A program made the translations under genes and the position numbers. This document shows positions 43,870-53,967 of a stretch of DNA of 64,000 nucleotides, in pieces (position 1 is the stretch's first letter; every line of letters starts with the position of its first letter). Origin of the DNA: Dehalococcoidia bacterium. GTDB taxonomy: Bacteria > Chloroflexota > Dehalococcoidia > Lucifugimonadales > UBA1127. The notes below the pieces were generated by a model. That model made no database searches. It was not told the origin of the DNA and saw only the letters and a program-made list of their open reading frames with translations. Where the stretch lies: the NCBI GenBank assembly GCA_965205235.1, contig CBDBGD010000008.1:106629-170628 (forward strand), written 5' to 3'.

Positions 43870-44361
43870 TCATTCGCTCGCAATGTCCGCGTCGGTGGGG
43901 TGTCCCTTCGCCCAGCGCGCCAGGGCCTTGTCTAGGCATGCGATGTCGTCGAGGGACGTGTAGTAGAAGTCCTGCCACCCCTGCTGGGGCATGCCCGTGA
44001 ACAGCATCAGGTTGAGCGGGTACTCGTCGCTGTCGGTGGCGCGACGGAAGTCATCCCGAAACAGGAACGTGGGCTTGCCCAGGGCGATGGCCATGCCAAG
44101 CTCGACCATGACGCCCTCGTCCGGGGGCACGCCGTTCACCACGGCGAAGATTGCGTCGGCGTCGCGCACGTCCTTGTAGTCGGCTTGGCCTATGCGGTAC
44201 GCCCAACCCGGCGCCGAGAAGTCGACCTGGTTGTTGCGCTCGAAGGGCTCCCAGACCTCGAGCCCAAGCGACTCGAGGGCGGCGACAAGCTGCGGCAGCA
44301 GCAACTCCCGCTGTTGCGCCGAGAATCCGTAGGGGCTGGCGAGGTAGACCGTTCTGCCCAT
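43870..44361 (-). CDS. Nucleoside 2-deoxyribosyltransferase family protein
   Basis: 163 aa from ATG 44361. VYLASPYGFS...DADAIFAVVNGVPPDEGVMVELGMAIALGKPTFLF matches the NDT fold, with the catalytic-Glu context (VELG). Confidence 0.75.
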   Translation of the reverse strand: MGRTVYLASPYGFSAQQRELLLPQLVAALESLGLEVWEPFERNNQVDFSAPGWAYRIGQADYKDVRDADAIFAVVNGVPPDEGVMVELGMAIALGKPTFLFRDDFRRATDSDEYPLNLMLFTGMPQQGWQDFYYTSLDDIACLDKALARWAKGHPTDADIASE

Positions 44362-44599
44362 GCGAGGCCCTTCCGTTCCCTCCCCGTGGTCGTCGAAATG
44401 CGTTCGTTCGATTATAACATCGCCGCCGGACACGGACGGGAAGTGATGCGGCGATGCGGTGGGAGCCCGGCTTTCCGCCAGTCCCGGTCCCGCTATGCGA
44501 GTGGGGCCCCAAGTAGGCTATAATGGCATTGGGCCAGTGCAGTAACGACCGTATCGGACGAGGGTGGTCGCAGCTCCTGAGCCTGTGAGGAGGGACATC

Positions 44600-45250
44600 A
44601 TGCTGAGGTTCGCCGAAGAGTTCATGCTGCTCCTGCTCAACGACGAGGACGGCAGGTTCGCGAACGTGCCGAGCTGGTCAGTGAACTATGCCCTGGCCGG
44701 CAGCGTGCTCATGGACCTGGCGCTCGAGAACCGCATCGACACCGACCTGGAGAACCTGCTGCTCATCGACGCGACACCTGTGGGCGATGGCCTGCTCGAC
44801 CCGACGCTCGCGGAGATCGCCAGGGAGGGGAAGCGGGACGCTCGCTTCTGGGTGGAGCGCACCGCGAATCGCGCCTACGAGATCCGCGAGGAGGCGCTCT
44901 CCCGGCTGGTCTCCGGCGGCATCCTGGAGCGCCGCGACGACCGCTTCCTGTGGGTGTTTCGCTCCCGCCGCTATCCCGCCGTCCAGGGCGAGGCGGAGCG
45001 CGAGGTCAAGCTGCGCATCATGGGCGTGCTGTTCAGCGACGACATTCCCGACCCGCGCGACGTGGTCATCATCTGTCTGGCCGACGCGTGCGGCATCTTC
45101 CGCGGGCTCCTGTCACGGCGGGAGCTCGACAGGGCGTCCGCCCGCATCGAGCAGGTGCGCAAGCTGGACCTCATCGGCCAGGCCATGACCCAGGCCATCC
45201 GGGACATCGAGCTGTCCGTGGCCGTCTCCATCCAGTCGTACATCCACTAG
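44600..45250 (+). CDS. GPP34/GOLPH3 family protein
   Basis: 216 aa from ATG 44600 (GAGGAGGG Shine-Dalgarno). FAEEFMLLLLNDEDGRF and the later ...RLVSGGILERRDDRF are characteristic. Confidence 0.75.
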   Translation: MLRFAEEFMLLLLNDEDGRFANVPSWSVNYALAGSVLMDLALENRIDTDLENLLLIDATPVGDGLLDPTLAEIAREGKRDARFWVERTANRAYEIREEALSRLVSGGILERRDDRFLWVFRSRRYPAVQGEAEREVKLRIMGVLFSDDIPDPRDVVIICLADACGIFRGLLSRRELDRASARIEQVRKLDLIGQAMTQAIRDIELSVAVSIQSYIH

Positions 45251-45313
45251 CGGCGCGCCGCCTGGGCGCGCGTGGAACATCGACGGCCTGCGGCCCGGGA
45301 GGGAAGGGGCGAC

Positions 45314-46003
45314 GTGAAGACAACGATCGAGTACGAACCGGCCTATGCCATGCTGACGGTGGACCTGGAGCCGGGCGAAGCCATCAAGGCCGAGCCGGGT
45401 GCGATGGTCCTCCAGCACGGCGTCGAGATGCAGACGGGCATGGGAGGGGGCGGCCTGCTCGGCGGGTTCAAGAGGATGCTGGGCGGCGAGTCCTTCTTCG
45501 TCAACACCTTCACTGCGGAGAGCGGCGGCGGGCTGGTCAGCCTTGCCCCGAGCTCACCCGGAGACATAGGCTCCTTCAACCTGCAGCCGGGAATGGACCT
45601 CTTTGTCCAGTCGGGCTCCTTCCTGGCATGCACCGAGAACGTCCAGACCGACGCGAAGTTCCAGGGCATGAAGGGCTTTTTCAGCGGGGAGAGCCTGTTC
45701 TTCATCCGGGTCTTCTCCACGGAGGGCGTGGGGACGGTCTTCTACAACTCCTACGGCGCGATCAAGAAGGTTGAGGTTGTGCCGGGGATGGAGCTTGTCG
45801 TCGACACGGGTCACCTGGTCGCGTTCGGCGAAGGCGTCGAGTACTCCATCGGCAAGGTGGGCGGCATCCGGTCGCTCATCGCCGGCGGAGAGGGCCTGGT
45901 GATGAAGTTCCGGGGCACGGGCGAGGTGTGGATTCAGACCCGGAACCTCGCGTCCCTGGCCGACAAGATCATCCCGTTCCTGCCCAAGACCAGCGGCAAC
46001 TAG
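45314..46003 (+). CDS. AIM24/TIGR00266 (DUF124) family protein
   Basis: YEPAYAMLTVDLEPGEAIKAEPGAMV...GESFFVNTFTA...GESLFFIRV...GEGLVMKFRGTGEVWIQT is the repeated beta-helix pattern of this family. The start is GTG 45314 or GTG 45272. Confidence 0.75.
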   Translation: MKTTIEYEPAYAMLTVDLEPGEAIKAEPGAMVLQHGVEMQTGMGGGGLLGGFKRMLGGESFFVNTFTAESGGGLVSLAPSSPGDIGSFNLQPGMDLFVQSGSFLACTENVQTDAKFQGMKGFFSGESLFFIRVFSTEGVGTVFYNSYGAIKKVEVVPGMELVVDTGHLVAFGEGVEYSIGKVGGIRSLIAGGEGLVMKFRGTGEVWIQTRNLASLADKIIPFLPKTSGN

Positions 46004-46093
46004 CGTTCGGCGCAATCCGCTGGCGCCCTTCGCCCGAAACGAGATGCTGCCGTTGCTGGACCGCCGCGTGGATTCCCCCGTGGAAGCAGCGCC

Positions 46094-46720
46094 ATGATGC
46101 CTGCGACTGACCCACGCTGCGACTACAAGGACGTGGTGCGTCGCGGCTACGATAACTGCGCGGTGGCGTACCATGAATCTCGAAGCGCCGAGTCCGGGGC
46201 CGAGCTCCAGGCGCTGACCGCGAGACTGGTCGACGGCGATGCGGTGCTCGACATTGGCTGCGGCGCCGGAGTTCCCATCGCCAAGTCGCTGGCCTATCGC
46301 TACCGTGTCACGGGTGTGGACATCTCGCCCGAGATGGTCCGACGAGCGCGGCGAAATGCGCCGACGGCCACCTTCCTATGTGTGGATGTCACGTCCGTCC
46401 GCCTGCCCCCATCGAGCTTCGACGCAGCGGTCGCGCTCTACTCCGTGTTTCACCTCCCCAGGGAGGAGCACCCGCGTCTGTTCGAGAAAGTCCACGGGTG
46501 GCTCAAGCCGGGCGGCTACCTGCTATGCACGCTGAGCCATCACAGCGAGGAGGGCTACACGGAGCAGGACTTCTACGGGGCGACGATGTACTGGAGCAAC
46601 TACAGCCTCGATGAGTACGTGGACATACTGGCCGAGGTGGGTTTCGAGCTGCTCGAGACGCGATCGGTGGGTTGCGAAAGGGGGGAAGACTATCCCCTCG
46701 TGCTCGCTCGCAGGCGCTGA
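46094..46720 (+). CDS. Class I SAM-dependent methyltransferase
   Basis: 208 aa. Motif I VLDIGCGAGVP. Acidic loop VTGVDISPEM. LKPGGYLL. Confidence 0.85.
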   Translation: MMPATDPRCDYKDVVRRGYDNCAVAYHESRSAESGAELQALTARLVDGDAVLDIGCGAGVPIAKSLAYRYRVTGVDISPEMVRRARRNAPTATFLCVDVTSVRLPPSSFDAAVALYSVFHLPREEHPRLFEKVHGWLKPGGYLLCTLSHHSEEGYTEQDFYGATMYWSNYSLDEYVDILAEVGFELLETRSVGCERGEDYPLVLARRR

Positions 46721-46739
46721 GGCGACGCCGGCAGCCCCG

Positions 46740-47615
46740 CTACCCGCCGCCCCGCCCCGCGCGCACCCGCACCTCCACCTCCAGCCGGGTGCTGCCGCCG
46801 CCCAGGAAGATGCCCCGCACGGGGGCCACGTCGTGGTAGTCGCGGCCCACGCCCACCCGAATGTGCCGTTCGCCGGCCAGACAGCGGTTCGTCGGGTCGA
46901 AGCCCACCCAGCCCAGACCGGGTAGGCGACACTCGACCCACGCGTGGGAGGCGTACTGCATCTCGGCCTCGCCGTTCTGGCCCTCGACGTAGAGGTAGCC
47001 CGAGACGTAGCGTGCGGGGACGTGCCAGGAGCGGGCAATCGCGATCATCACGTGGGCGTAGTCCTGGCAGACGCCCTTCCTCGATTGCAAGGTCTCCTCG
47101 ATCGGCGACGCGGCCGACGTGCTGCCCGGCACGTATTCGAAGCTGTCGTGGAGCGTGTCCGACAGGCGGAGCAGGGACTCCAGTGGGTCGTCGCCGGCCT
47201 TGATGTCCCGCTCGTCGACGAAGGCTGCCAGGGCGGGCGAGGGCCGCGCGTAGGCGCTGGGGCGGATGAAGTCCCAGTAGTCGAACGCGTCCCGCCACGA
47301 GAGGAGCTCCTCCCAGGCGCCGGCGCCCAGGGAGTCCGGGAGCCTCGCGGGCTTCGCGCGCTCCACCGTGGAACGGGTCACGAGCTCCAACGATGCGTGC
47401 TCGCCGTGGACGTTCAGGACGTGCTTGGTGTTGCCGAAGACGTCCGTCTCGCTGTTGAACGCCGCCGGAGGGTCCGTGGCCAGGGCGAACGACAGGAGGC
47501 GTTGTCCGGCGTCGCTGCGGGGCTTCAGGCAGAGGGACAGCATGCAGTGCCGTATAGGCGAGGAGTAGGTGTACCGGGAGACGTGCTCGACATGGTAGAG
47601 CACCGGCTCGCTCAT
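46740..47615 (-). CDS. Transglutaminase-like cysteine protease family protein (Bact_transglu_N plus core)
   Basis: 291 aa. N-domain YHVEHVSRYTYSSPIRHCMLSLCLKPR. Core KGVCQDYAHVMIAIARSWHVPARYVSGY...SHAWVE...GFDPTN (Cys-His-Asp). Confidence 0.88.
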   Translation of the reverse strand: MSEPVLYHVEHVSRYTYSSPIRHCMLSLCLKPRSDAGQRLLSFALATDPPAAFNSETDVFGNTKHVLNVHGEHASLELVTRSTVERAKPARLPDSLGAGAWEELLSWRDAFDYWDFIRPSAYARPSPALAAFVDERDIKAGDDPLESLLRLSDTLHDSFEYVPGSTSAASPIEETLQSRKGVCQDYAHVMIAIARSWHVPARYVSGYLYVEGQNGEAEMQYASHAWVECRLPGLGWVGFDPTNRCLAGERHIRVGVGRDYHDVAPVRGIFLGGGSTRLEVEVRVRAGRGGG

Positions 47616-47619
47616 GCAG

Positions 47620-48588
47620 CTAGCGGGTGGGAAAGTCTTCCACGGGGTAGTCGAAGTAGGCGGCGGTCACCAGGTGGTGCAGGTCCCGGCAGTACTCTCG
47701 CACCTGCAGCAGCAGCTCTGGGCGGTCCTCCCTGTCGGGCCACTCGTAGTGGATCAGCGCTGCCGTGCGGCCCGCCAGCCGCTGAGCGGCGCCGCTGGAC
47801 CTCGCGTCCGGCCCCCGGCCGATGGTGCGCAGGTCTGACGCCGTCCGGTCCAGCGATCTGCACAGCGAGTCCGGCAGCAGGGAGTCCGTGGCCAGCAGGT
47901 CCAGCACCTGGTCCGGCCGCACCTCCACGCTGTACGTGCGGTTGTACACCTCGAAGGCGTGGTAGATGCGCAGCAGGCTCGTCCAGTCGGCCTCCGACGA
48001 CTCCCCCGCCTCCTCATCTGCGGCCAGCTGCGCCAGGAGCAGCGACGACGAGATCTGGGCACGCTCGATGAAGCGGCCAAGCTGCGTGAAGCGCCAACCG
48101 TCGTCCCGGTACGTGGTGGCCGCGGCGACGCCGGAGAAGGTGTTCATCTCCGCCTCGGTCTCCGCGTAGAAGCTCTCGGGCGAAGTCCGCCAGATGTCCT
48201 GTATGGTGAGCCTCTGGATTTTGAGGTAGGCCAGGTTCAGGCTGGTCCAGAGCCCGCTGCTGATGCAGTGGCGCATCTGGCGGGCGTTTTCCCGCCCCAG
48301 GGCGAAGCAACTCCACACCGAGTCCGGGTTCGTGCGCTCGAAGGTCAGGTCGTCGGCGAGGGTGTACGAGTCGGCGAGCGTGAACTCTTCGCCGCCGAGG
48401 AGGTCGCGGCTGCCTCCGGGGGGTTCCCGGCCCAGGGTGTCGTAGATGCGGAGCCAGCCGGTGTGAATCTCGCGGACGGGCCGATCGACCAAGGCTTCCA
48501 CCTGCAGGCGCAGGAGGCGGCACAGGAACTCCGCCCGCTCCAGGTAGCGCCCCATCCAGTAGAGTCCCTGTGCGCTGCGAGCAAGCAT
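47620..48588 (-). CDS. Alpha-E domain protein (DUF403)
   Basis: 322 aa. Opening MLARSAQGLYWMGRYLERAE is the family hallmark. Confidence 0.85.
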   Translation of the reverse strand: MLARSAQGLYWMGRYLERAEFLCRLLRLQVEALVDRPVREIHTGWLRIYDTLGREPPGGSRDLLGGEEFTLADSYTLADDLTFERTNPDSVWSCFALGRENARQMRHCISSGLWTSLNLAYLKIQRLTIQDIWRTSPESFYAETEAEMNTFSGVAAATTYRDDGWRFTQLGRFIERAQISSSLLLAQLAADEEAGESSEADWTSLLRIYHAFEVYNRTYSVEVRPDQVLDLLATDSLLPDSLCRSLDRTASDLRTIGRGPDARSSGAAQRLAGRTAALIHYEWPDREDRPELLLQVREYCRDLHHLVTAAYFDYPVEDFPTR

Positions 48589-48589
48589 G

Positions 48590-50023
48590 TCAGTCCCCCA
48601 GCACCCAGAGGTCCTTGCCGCCGCCGCCCTGGCTGGAGTTCACGACCAGGCTGCCCCGCCGCAGTGCCACGCGGCAGAACGCCCCCGGCACCATGCGGGT
48701 CTGCTGCCCTTGCAGCACGAAAGGCCGCAGGTCCACGTGCCTCGGCTCGAAGGCGCCCTCGACCAGGCATGGCGCCCGGGAGAGGGCGAGCACCGGCTGC
48801 GAGATGAAGTCGGCGGGGTTCGCGCGCAGCTGCACGGCGTACTCGGCCCGCTCCTCCCTGGTGGAGTGCGGGCCGATGATCATGCCGTATCCCCCGGACT
48901 CGCCCACCCGCTTCACCACCAGGTCCTGCATGTTGTCCAGGGTGTACTCCAGACCCTCAGGATTGCGGCAGAGGTAGGTCTCGACGTTTGCCAGAATGGC
49001 CTCTTCGCCCATGTAGTAGCGAATCATATCGGGCACGTAGGCGTAGACGCTCTTGTCGTCGGCAACGCCCGTACCCGGCGCGTTGACCAGGGCCACGTTG
49101 CCCAGCTTGTAGGCGTGGATGAGGCCGGGCACACCCAAGAGCGAGTCTGGTCGGAACACCAGCGGGTCCAGGAAGTCATCGTCCACGCGGCGGTAGATCA
49201 CGTCCACGCGGCGCAGTCCCGTGGTGGTCCGCATGTAGACGAAACCGTCGCTGACCAGCAGATCGCGCCCCTCCACCAGCTCCGCGCCGAGCTCGCGGGC
49301 CAGGAACATGTGCTCGTAGAAGGCCGAGTTGAAGACGCCGGGGGTCAGCAGCGCGATGGACGGCTCCGACCGCCCGCTGGGCGCCAGCTCCCGCAGCGTC
49401 TCGAGCAGCAGCAGACCGTACCGCTCCACCTCCTGGACGCGGGAGCTCCTGTACAGGCGAGGCAGGCTGGCCTTCACTGCCTTGCGATTGGCGATCATGT
49501 AGGAGACGCCGGAGGGCACGCGCAGGTTGTCCTCCAGCACGCGAAAGCCGTCGTTGGTGCGGACCAGGTCGGTGCCACAGATCGCAGCCCAGGTGCCGTG
49601 GGGCGCGGAGACGCCCCGCATCTCCAGGCGGTACTGGGGGCAGCCCCGCACCACGTCGACGGGGATGACGCCGTCGTTGATGATGCGGGCCGGGCCGTAC
49701 ACGTCTTCCAGGAAGAGGTTGAGCGCCCGAACGCGCTGCGTGAGACCCTTCTCCAGATGCCGCCACTCGGCGCCCGACAGCACGCGCGGGAGGCAGTCGA
49801 TGGGGATGATGCGCTCTTCGCCTTCCTCGTCGCCGTAGACGGTGAAGGAGATGCCCTCGTTGGAGAAGGAGCGGGTGACCCGTTCCTGGATGCTGCCGAG
49901 CTCCTCGACGGAGAGCTCGGTCAGGGTCTCGTGGATGGGGCGCCAGTGGTCCCTGGGCGTGCCGTCCGACAGGAACATCTCGTCATAGATGGTGGGGTCG
50001 AGGTTGTAGCTGTCGAAGTTCAC
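48590..50023 (-). CDS. Circularly permuted type-2 ATP-grasp protein
   Basis: 477 aa with a GTG start. [32 protein letters not shown] and [12 protein letters not shown] are typical of the CP_ATPgrasp_2 family. Confidence 0.85.
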   Translation of the reverse strand: MNFDSYNLDPTIYDEMFLSDGTPRDHWRPIHETLTELSVEELGSIQERVTRSFSNEGISFTVYGDEEGEERIIPIDCLPRVLSGAEWRHLEKGLTQRVRALNLFLEDVYGPARIINDGVIPVDVVRGCPQYRLEMRGVSAPHGTWAAICGTDLVRTNDGFRVLEDNLRVPSGVSYMIANRKAVKASLPRLYRSSRVQEVERYGLLLLETLRELAPSGRSEPSIALLTPGVFNSAFYEHMFLARELGAELVEGRDLLVSDGFVYMRTTTGLRRVDVIYRRVDDDFLDPLVFRPDSLLGVPGLIHAYKLGNVALVNAPGTGVADDKSVYAYVPDMIRYYMGEEAILANVETYLCRNPEGLEYTLDNMQDLVVKRVGESGGYGMIIGPHSTREERAEYAVQLRANPADFISQPVLALSRAPCLVEGAFEPRHVDLRPFVLQGQQTRMVPGAFCRVALRRGSLVVNSSQGGGGKDLWVLGD

Positions 50024-50027
50024 GGCG

Positions 50028-52253
50028 CTATTCGTCGTCCTGGGAGCCGTCGCCCGGCGGCGAAGCTTCCACAGCCTCCGCCTCTTCTTCGTCCTCCTCC
50101 ACTTCTCCGAAGAGCGTTCGGGGCGGCACCAGTGGCAGCTCCACGGTCATTTCCGTGAACTGTCCCGCCTCCGATTCGACGTGAATGGTGCCGCCGTGCT
50201 TCCGCACGATGTCGCTGGACATGGCAAGGCCCAGGCCCGTGCCCTTGTTGGTGGGCTTGGTGGTGAAGAACGGGTTGAAGATCTTGTCGATGGCGTCCAG
50301 CGGGATCCCGTTCCCGTTGTCCCTGATCCTGACCTCCACGTGGTCCTCCGACCGCTTGGTGGCCAGCACCAGCGTGGGCATGTAGCCTGCGTCGCCCGCC
50401 TCCAGGCCCTGGCGCCGCTTCTCGTCAGTGGCGTAGCACGCGTTGCTGACCATGTTGAGGAAGACGCGGCCCATCTCCTGCGGAATCACCTGGAGGTTGC
50501 CCATCTGCGGGTCCAGGTCGTGCTCCAGCGTCAGGTTGAAGTCCGGGTCCGTGGCGCGGGCGCTGTGGTAGGCCAGGCGTGCGTGCTCCTCCAAGAGGTT
50601 GTTGATGTCCGTGGCCTGGACGTCTCCGGCGTCCCGCCCCATCTGCAGCATGTCGTGGACGATGCGGTTGGCCCGCTCACCGTGGGACCGGATGCGGCCC
50701 AGATTGTCCTTCAAGTCCCCGAAGATGTCGTCGATCAGCCCAGTCTGCTCTTCAGTCAGGGTTACGCCCTCTTCCTGGAGGACCTCCTTTACCTCGGTCA
50801 CAAGCTCCTGGGAGACCTCTGAGAAGTTGTTGATGAAGTTCAACGGGTTTCGAATCTCGTGGGCAACGCCCGCGGTCAGCTCACCCAGCGCCGCCAGCTT
50901 TTCCCGCATGACTATCTGGTCCTGCGCCTGCTGTAGGTCCGCCAGCACAACCTCCAGCTGCTCGTTCTTCCCCTGCAGCTCGTCCGCCAGCTTCTCCACC
51001 AGGTTGAGGCGTTGGACCTCCAGAGCGTGGCGGCGGAAGACCTCCAGGGCGGCGGCCATCTCCGCCACCTCGTCGCGGCCTTCCATCGTCACCGTGGCCT
51101 CCAGGTCGCCTCCCGCCATGCGCCGCATCCAGTCCGACAGGAGCTTGAGGCGACGCACCAGCATGCGCCCGACGAAGAGCCAGGCGATGAGCAGAGCGCC
51201 CGCAACGCTGATGGCGCTGATGGCGAGAAGCAGTGTGCGACCGGTGAAGATCGCATCGCTGGAGGCTTGGGTCGCCGCCTGGGCGCTGGCCCCGGCAACC
51301 TCCACAAGCCCGTTCACCTCTGCCACCAGGTTGTTGGCGATGTTGCGATTGCCCTCCACCAGGCCCTGCTGGGTCAGCGTCAGCGCCAGTCGGTCGGCGA
51401 TGAGATCGAAGCCGTTCTCATCTCCCGTGCCCAGGTCGGACAGCTCAGCGAAGATGGGCTTCACCTGGGCCTGCAGCGGCGACCCCTCGAGGGCCGACAG
51501 GTTGCGGTCGATGCGGCTGGTGGACGCCTCGAACCGCTCCCGCAGAGGCTCGATAAGCGACAACTCGGAAATCGCGAAGGAGTTCGCCAGCAGCTCCATG
51601 GCGATGTTGCCCTCCACCTGCAGCAAGGCCAGGTGGCGGTAGTGCCCGAACTCCTCCTCCGAGAAGTGCTCGGCGCGCGCGTCCGGAGGCTCCCCGAGCG
51701 TGTGATAGCCCGTTATCGTGTAGAAGAGTTGGTCGTCGATGGCCGGAACGATGATGCCGTCCAAGCGCGTGCGCAGCCTCGCCAGCTGGGACCCCAGCGC
51801 TTCGGTCTCGGAGGTCAGGACGAAGGACTGGAGCGTGGCTGACTTGATCGCCTCGATGTTCTCGATGAGACCCCCCGCCATGTCGAGGATGGTGGCAAAG
51901 TTCTCGTCCTCCGTGCTCCCCACGATCAGGCGGTCCAGCTGCTCCGAGAAAGCCGTGAAGTCCTCGTCGATGCTGAGGACGACGCTGTTGAACTCCTCCT
52001 CGTTCGCGGCGGTGGTCAGGCGAGGGGCGGCAGCGGAGAGAATACCGGTCAGCCGTGCGACCTCGAAGGAGGCGGAGATGGCCGGGATGCTGCCCTCGTT
52101 CACGCGACTCTGCACTTCGCCCACCCGGTTGAAAGAGAGCCACCCTACAAGGCTGGCGCACATGGTCAGCGCCACAGCGCCCCAGATCGCCAGGTAGAGC
52201 TGGGTGGAGACGCGCGAGGCGCTGCCGGGTATGCGTTTCAGCGTCTGTATCAC
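50028..52253 (-). CDS. Sensor histidine kinase (2 TM, large extracytoplasmic domain, HAMP, HisKA, HATPase)
   Basis: 741 aa. TM1 [21 protein letters not shown]2 [23 protein letters not shown]-box [13 protein letters not shown]-box [10 protein letters not shown]1 DNGNGIP, G2 GTGLGLAMS. Acidic C-terminal tail. Confidence 0.9.
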   Translation of the reverse strand: MIQTLKRIPGSASRVSTQLYLAIWGAVALTMCASLVGWLSFNRVGEVQSRVNEGSIPAISASFEVARLTGILSAAAPRLTTAANEEEFNSVVLSIDEDFTAFSEQLDRLIVGSTEDENFATILDMAGGLIENIEAIKSATLQSFVLTSETEALGSQLARLRTRLDGIIVPAIDDQLFYTITGYHTLGEPPDARAEHFSEEEFGHYRHLALLQVEGNIAMELLANSFAISELSLIEPLRERFEASTSRIDRNLSALEGSPLQAQVKPIFAELSDLGTGDENGFDLIADRLALTLTQQGLVEGNRNIANNLVAEVNGLVEVAGASAQAATQASSDAIFTGRTLLLAISAISVAGALLIAWLFVGRMLVRRLKLLSDWMRRMAGGDLEATVTMEGRDEVAEMAAALEVFRRHALEVQRLNLVEKLADELQGKNEQLEVVLADLQQAQDQIVMREKLAALGELTAGVAHEIRNPLNFINNFSEVSQELVTEVKEVLQEEGVTLTEEQTGLIDDIFGDLKDNLGRIRSHGERANRIVHDMLQMGRDAGDVQATDINNLLEEHARLAYHSARATDPDFNLTLEHDLDPQMGNLQVIPQEMGRVFLNMVSNACYATDEKRRQGLEAGDAGYMPTLVLATKRSEDHVEVRIRDNGNGIPLDAIDKIFNPFFTTKPTNKGTGLGLAMSSDIVRKHGGTIHVESEAGQFTEMTVELPLVPPRTLFGEVEEDEEEAEAVEASPPGDGSQDDE

Positions 52254-53551
52254 CGCCGCACCTCCTCCAGGCTGTCGATGGAGTAGTAGCCGGCGTCGGC
52301 GCCAATCACGGTCAGGAAGACCTGGTCGGACCCCTGGTTGTCCTCGGGCCCGAAGAGGAGCTCGAAGCCGTCGATGTCCGTGAGGCTGGTGCCCTGCAGG
52401 GTCTCCAGGAAGCAGTCCCTGTCCACGTCCCGACCGCAGAGCTCCAGCGCGGCGATGGTGAGCCGGCCCGCCATGTAGCCTTCCAGCGACACGAAGCTTG
52501 GCGCGGCGCCGGAGCCGGCGGCCTGCAGTGCGTCGAGGTAGGAGGCGACGATGGGCACGGAGTCGTCCGTTGGGAACGGCACCACCTGGGTGACGAAGAC
52601 GCCCTCGCCGCCGGGGCCGTCATCGGTCGCGGGGCCCAGCTCCGCAGCCAGCGCGTTGCTGCCCACGAAGGAGACGGTCATAAAGATTGGGTCCATACCC
52701 GTGTAGCGCGCCCACTTGATGAGCTCGGCGACCGGCTGGTAGGCGCCTATGATGACCACCGCCTGGGGCGAACCCTGCGCCAGGTCCAGCAGCGCCGCCT
52801 TCACCGCCAGCGTGTTGCGGGTGTACAGGCCCACTGCGGCCGGCGTCATACCCCGGCGCGCCAGGGCGTCCCTGGTCCCGGTGTAGCCTGCGCGGCCGTA
52901 GGAGTCGTCCTGGTACATGATGCCGATGCGCTCAATGCCCAGGCGCTCCGTCAGCTGGGCCACCATCTCCTCGGTCTCCTGGTTGTAGGAGGCCCGCAGG
53001 TTGATCACCGTGCTCCACTTGGGGTCGCGCAGAATGGCCGCGCCGGTGAACGGCGCAATGTAGGGCACTCCACGGGCGTCGGCGACGGGGACCGCGGAGC
53101 GGGACGTGGGTGTGCCGACGGCCCCGATCAGCGCGAAGACCGAGTCCTGCTCGATGAGCTGGAGGGTGTTGGAAATGGCGGCCTCCGGCTCGTATGCGTC
53201 GTCCAGGGACAGGAGGTCCAGCAGCCGTCCGTGGACGCCTCCGGCCTGGTTCACCTCGAAGAAGGCCGCCTCGATGCCCCGCCTCATGTCCTTGCCCAAC
53301 TCCTGGGCCGGGCCGGTGAAGGCCGCCGACTGTCCGAAAAGGATGGCGTTGTCCGTGATGCCCGGCGGGGGGCCTGCAGGCGTGGATGCCGTTGTGGGTG
53401 TGGCGACGATTACCGGGTCAACGACCTCGGCTTCTTCGGTAACGCCCAGGAAGAACCATGCTGCCAGGCTGAAAATGATGGTGAGGGAGACACCCCCGCC
53501 GATCCCCAGCGCAAACAGTATGTCGGACTGTATTCGAGGAATGCCCCTCAC
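52250..53551 (-). CDS. Membrane-anchored periplasmic-binding-protein (Leu/Ile/Val-binding type, Peripla_BP_6)
   Basis: 433 aa. N-terminal TM anchor, then ILFGQSAAFTGPAQELGKDMRRGIEAAFFEVNQAGGVHGR..LLSLDDAYEP. 4-nt overlaps with both neighbouring genes. Confidence 0.85.
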   Translation of the reverse strand: MRGIPRIQSDILFALGIGGGVSLTIIFSLAAWFFLGVTEEAEVVDPVIVATPTTASTPAGPPPGITDNAILFGQSAAFTGPAQELGKDMRRGIEAAFFEVNQAGGVHGRLLDLLSLDDAYEPEAAISNTLQLIEQDSVFALIGAVGTPTSRSAVPVADARGVPYIAPFTGAAILRDPKWSTVINLRASYNQETEEMVAQLTERLGIERIGIMYQDDSYGRAGYTGTRDALARRGMTPAAVGLYTRNTLAVKAALLDLAQGSPQAVVIIGAYQPVAELIKWARYTGMDPIFMTVSFVGSNALAAELGPATDDGPGGEGVFVTQVVPFPTDDSVPIVASYLDALQAAGSGAAPSFVSLEGYMAGRLTIAALELCGRDVDRDCFLETLQGTSLTDIDGFELLFGPEDNQGSDQVFLTVIGADAGYYSIDSLEEVRR

Positions 53552-53967
53552 TCAACCCTGCGCTTTACCAGAATCAGATGGTTCTTGCCACCCTCTCGGC
53601 TGTACCGCATGTCGTCCATCATGGTGCGCACCAGGTGGACGCCAAGCCCGCCTATCGACCTGTCGCCCAGGGCGGCGGTCACATCCGGGACGGGCGCGTT
53701 CTCCAGCGGGTTGAAGGGCTTGCCGTCGTCGGTGATCTCGATGGTCAGCGACTCCGCCTCGGACGTCATCTCGATCTCCACGACGTGTTCGCCGTTGTCG
53801 TGTCCGTGGTTCACCACGTTGAGCCACAGCTCCTCAAGGACCAGGTTCACCTGGAACGTGAGGTCGTTGGGCCATTCCTGCTCCCGGGCAAAGTCCTCCA
53901 CGGATGCAGCCAGACCCTCCAGCTCCTCCACCCGGGTTGGAACGGTCAGGGACAGCTTTGCACTCAC
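53548..53967 (-). CDS. RsbW/SpoIIAB-like anti-sigma-type serine kinase (HATPase_c_2)
   Basis: About 139 aa from GTG 53967 (GTGA overlap with the upstream stop). LVLEELWLNVVNHGH and GGLGVHLVRTMMDDM. Confidence 0.8.
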   Translation of the reverse strand: MSAKLSLTVPTRVEELEGLAASVEDFAREQEWPNDLTFQVNLVLEELWLNVVNHGHDNGEHVVEIEMTSEAESLTIEITDDGKPFNPLENAPVPDVTAALGDRSIGGLGVHLVRTMMDDMRYSREGGKNHLILVKRRVE

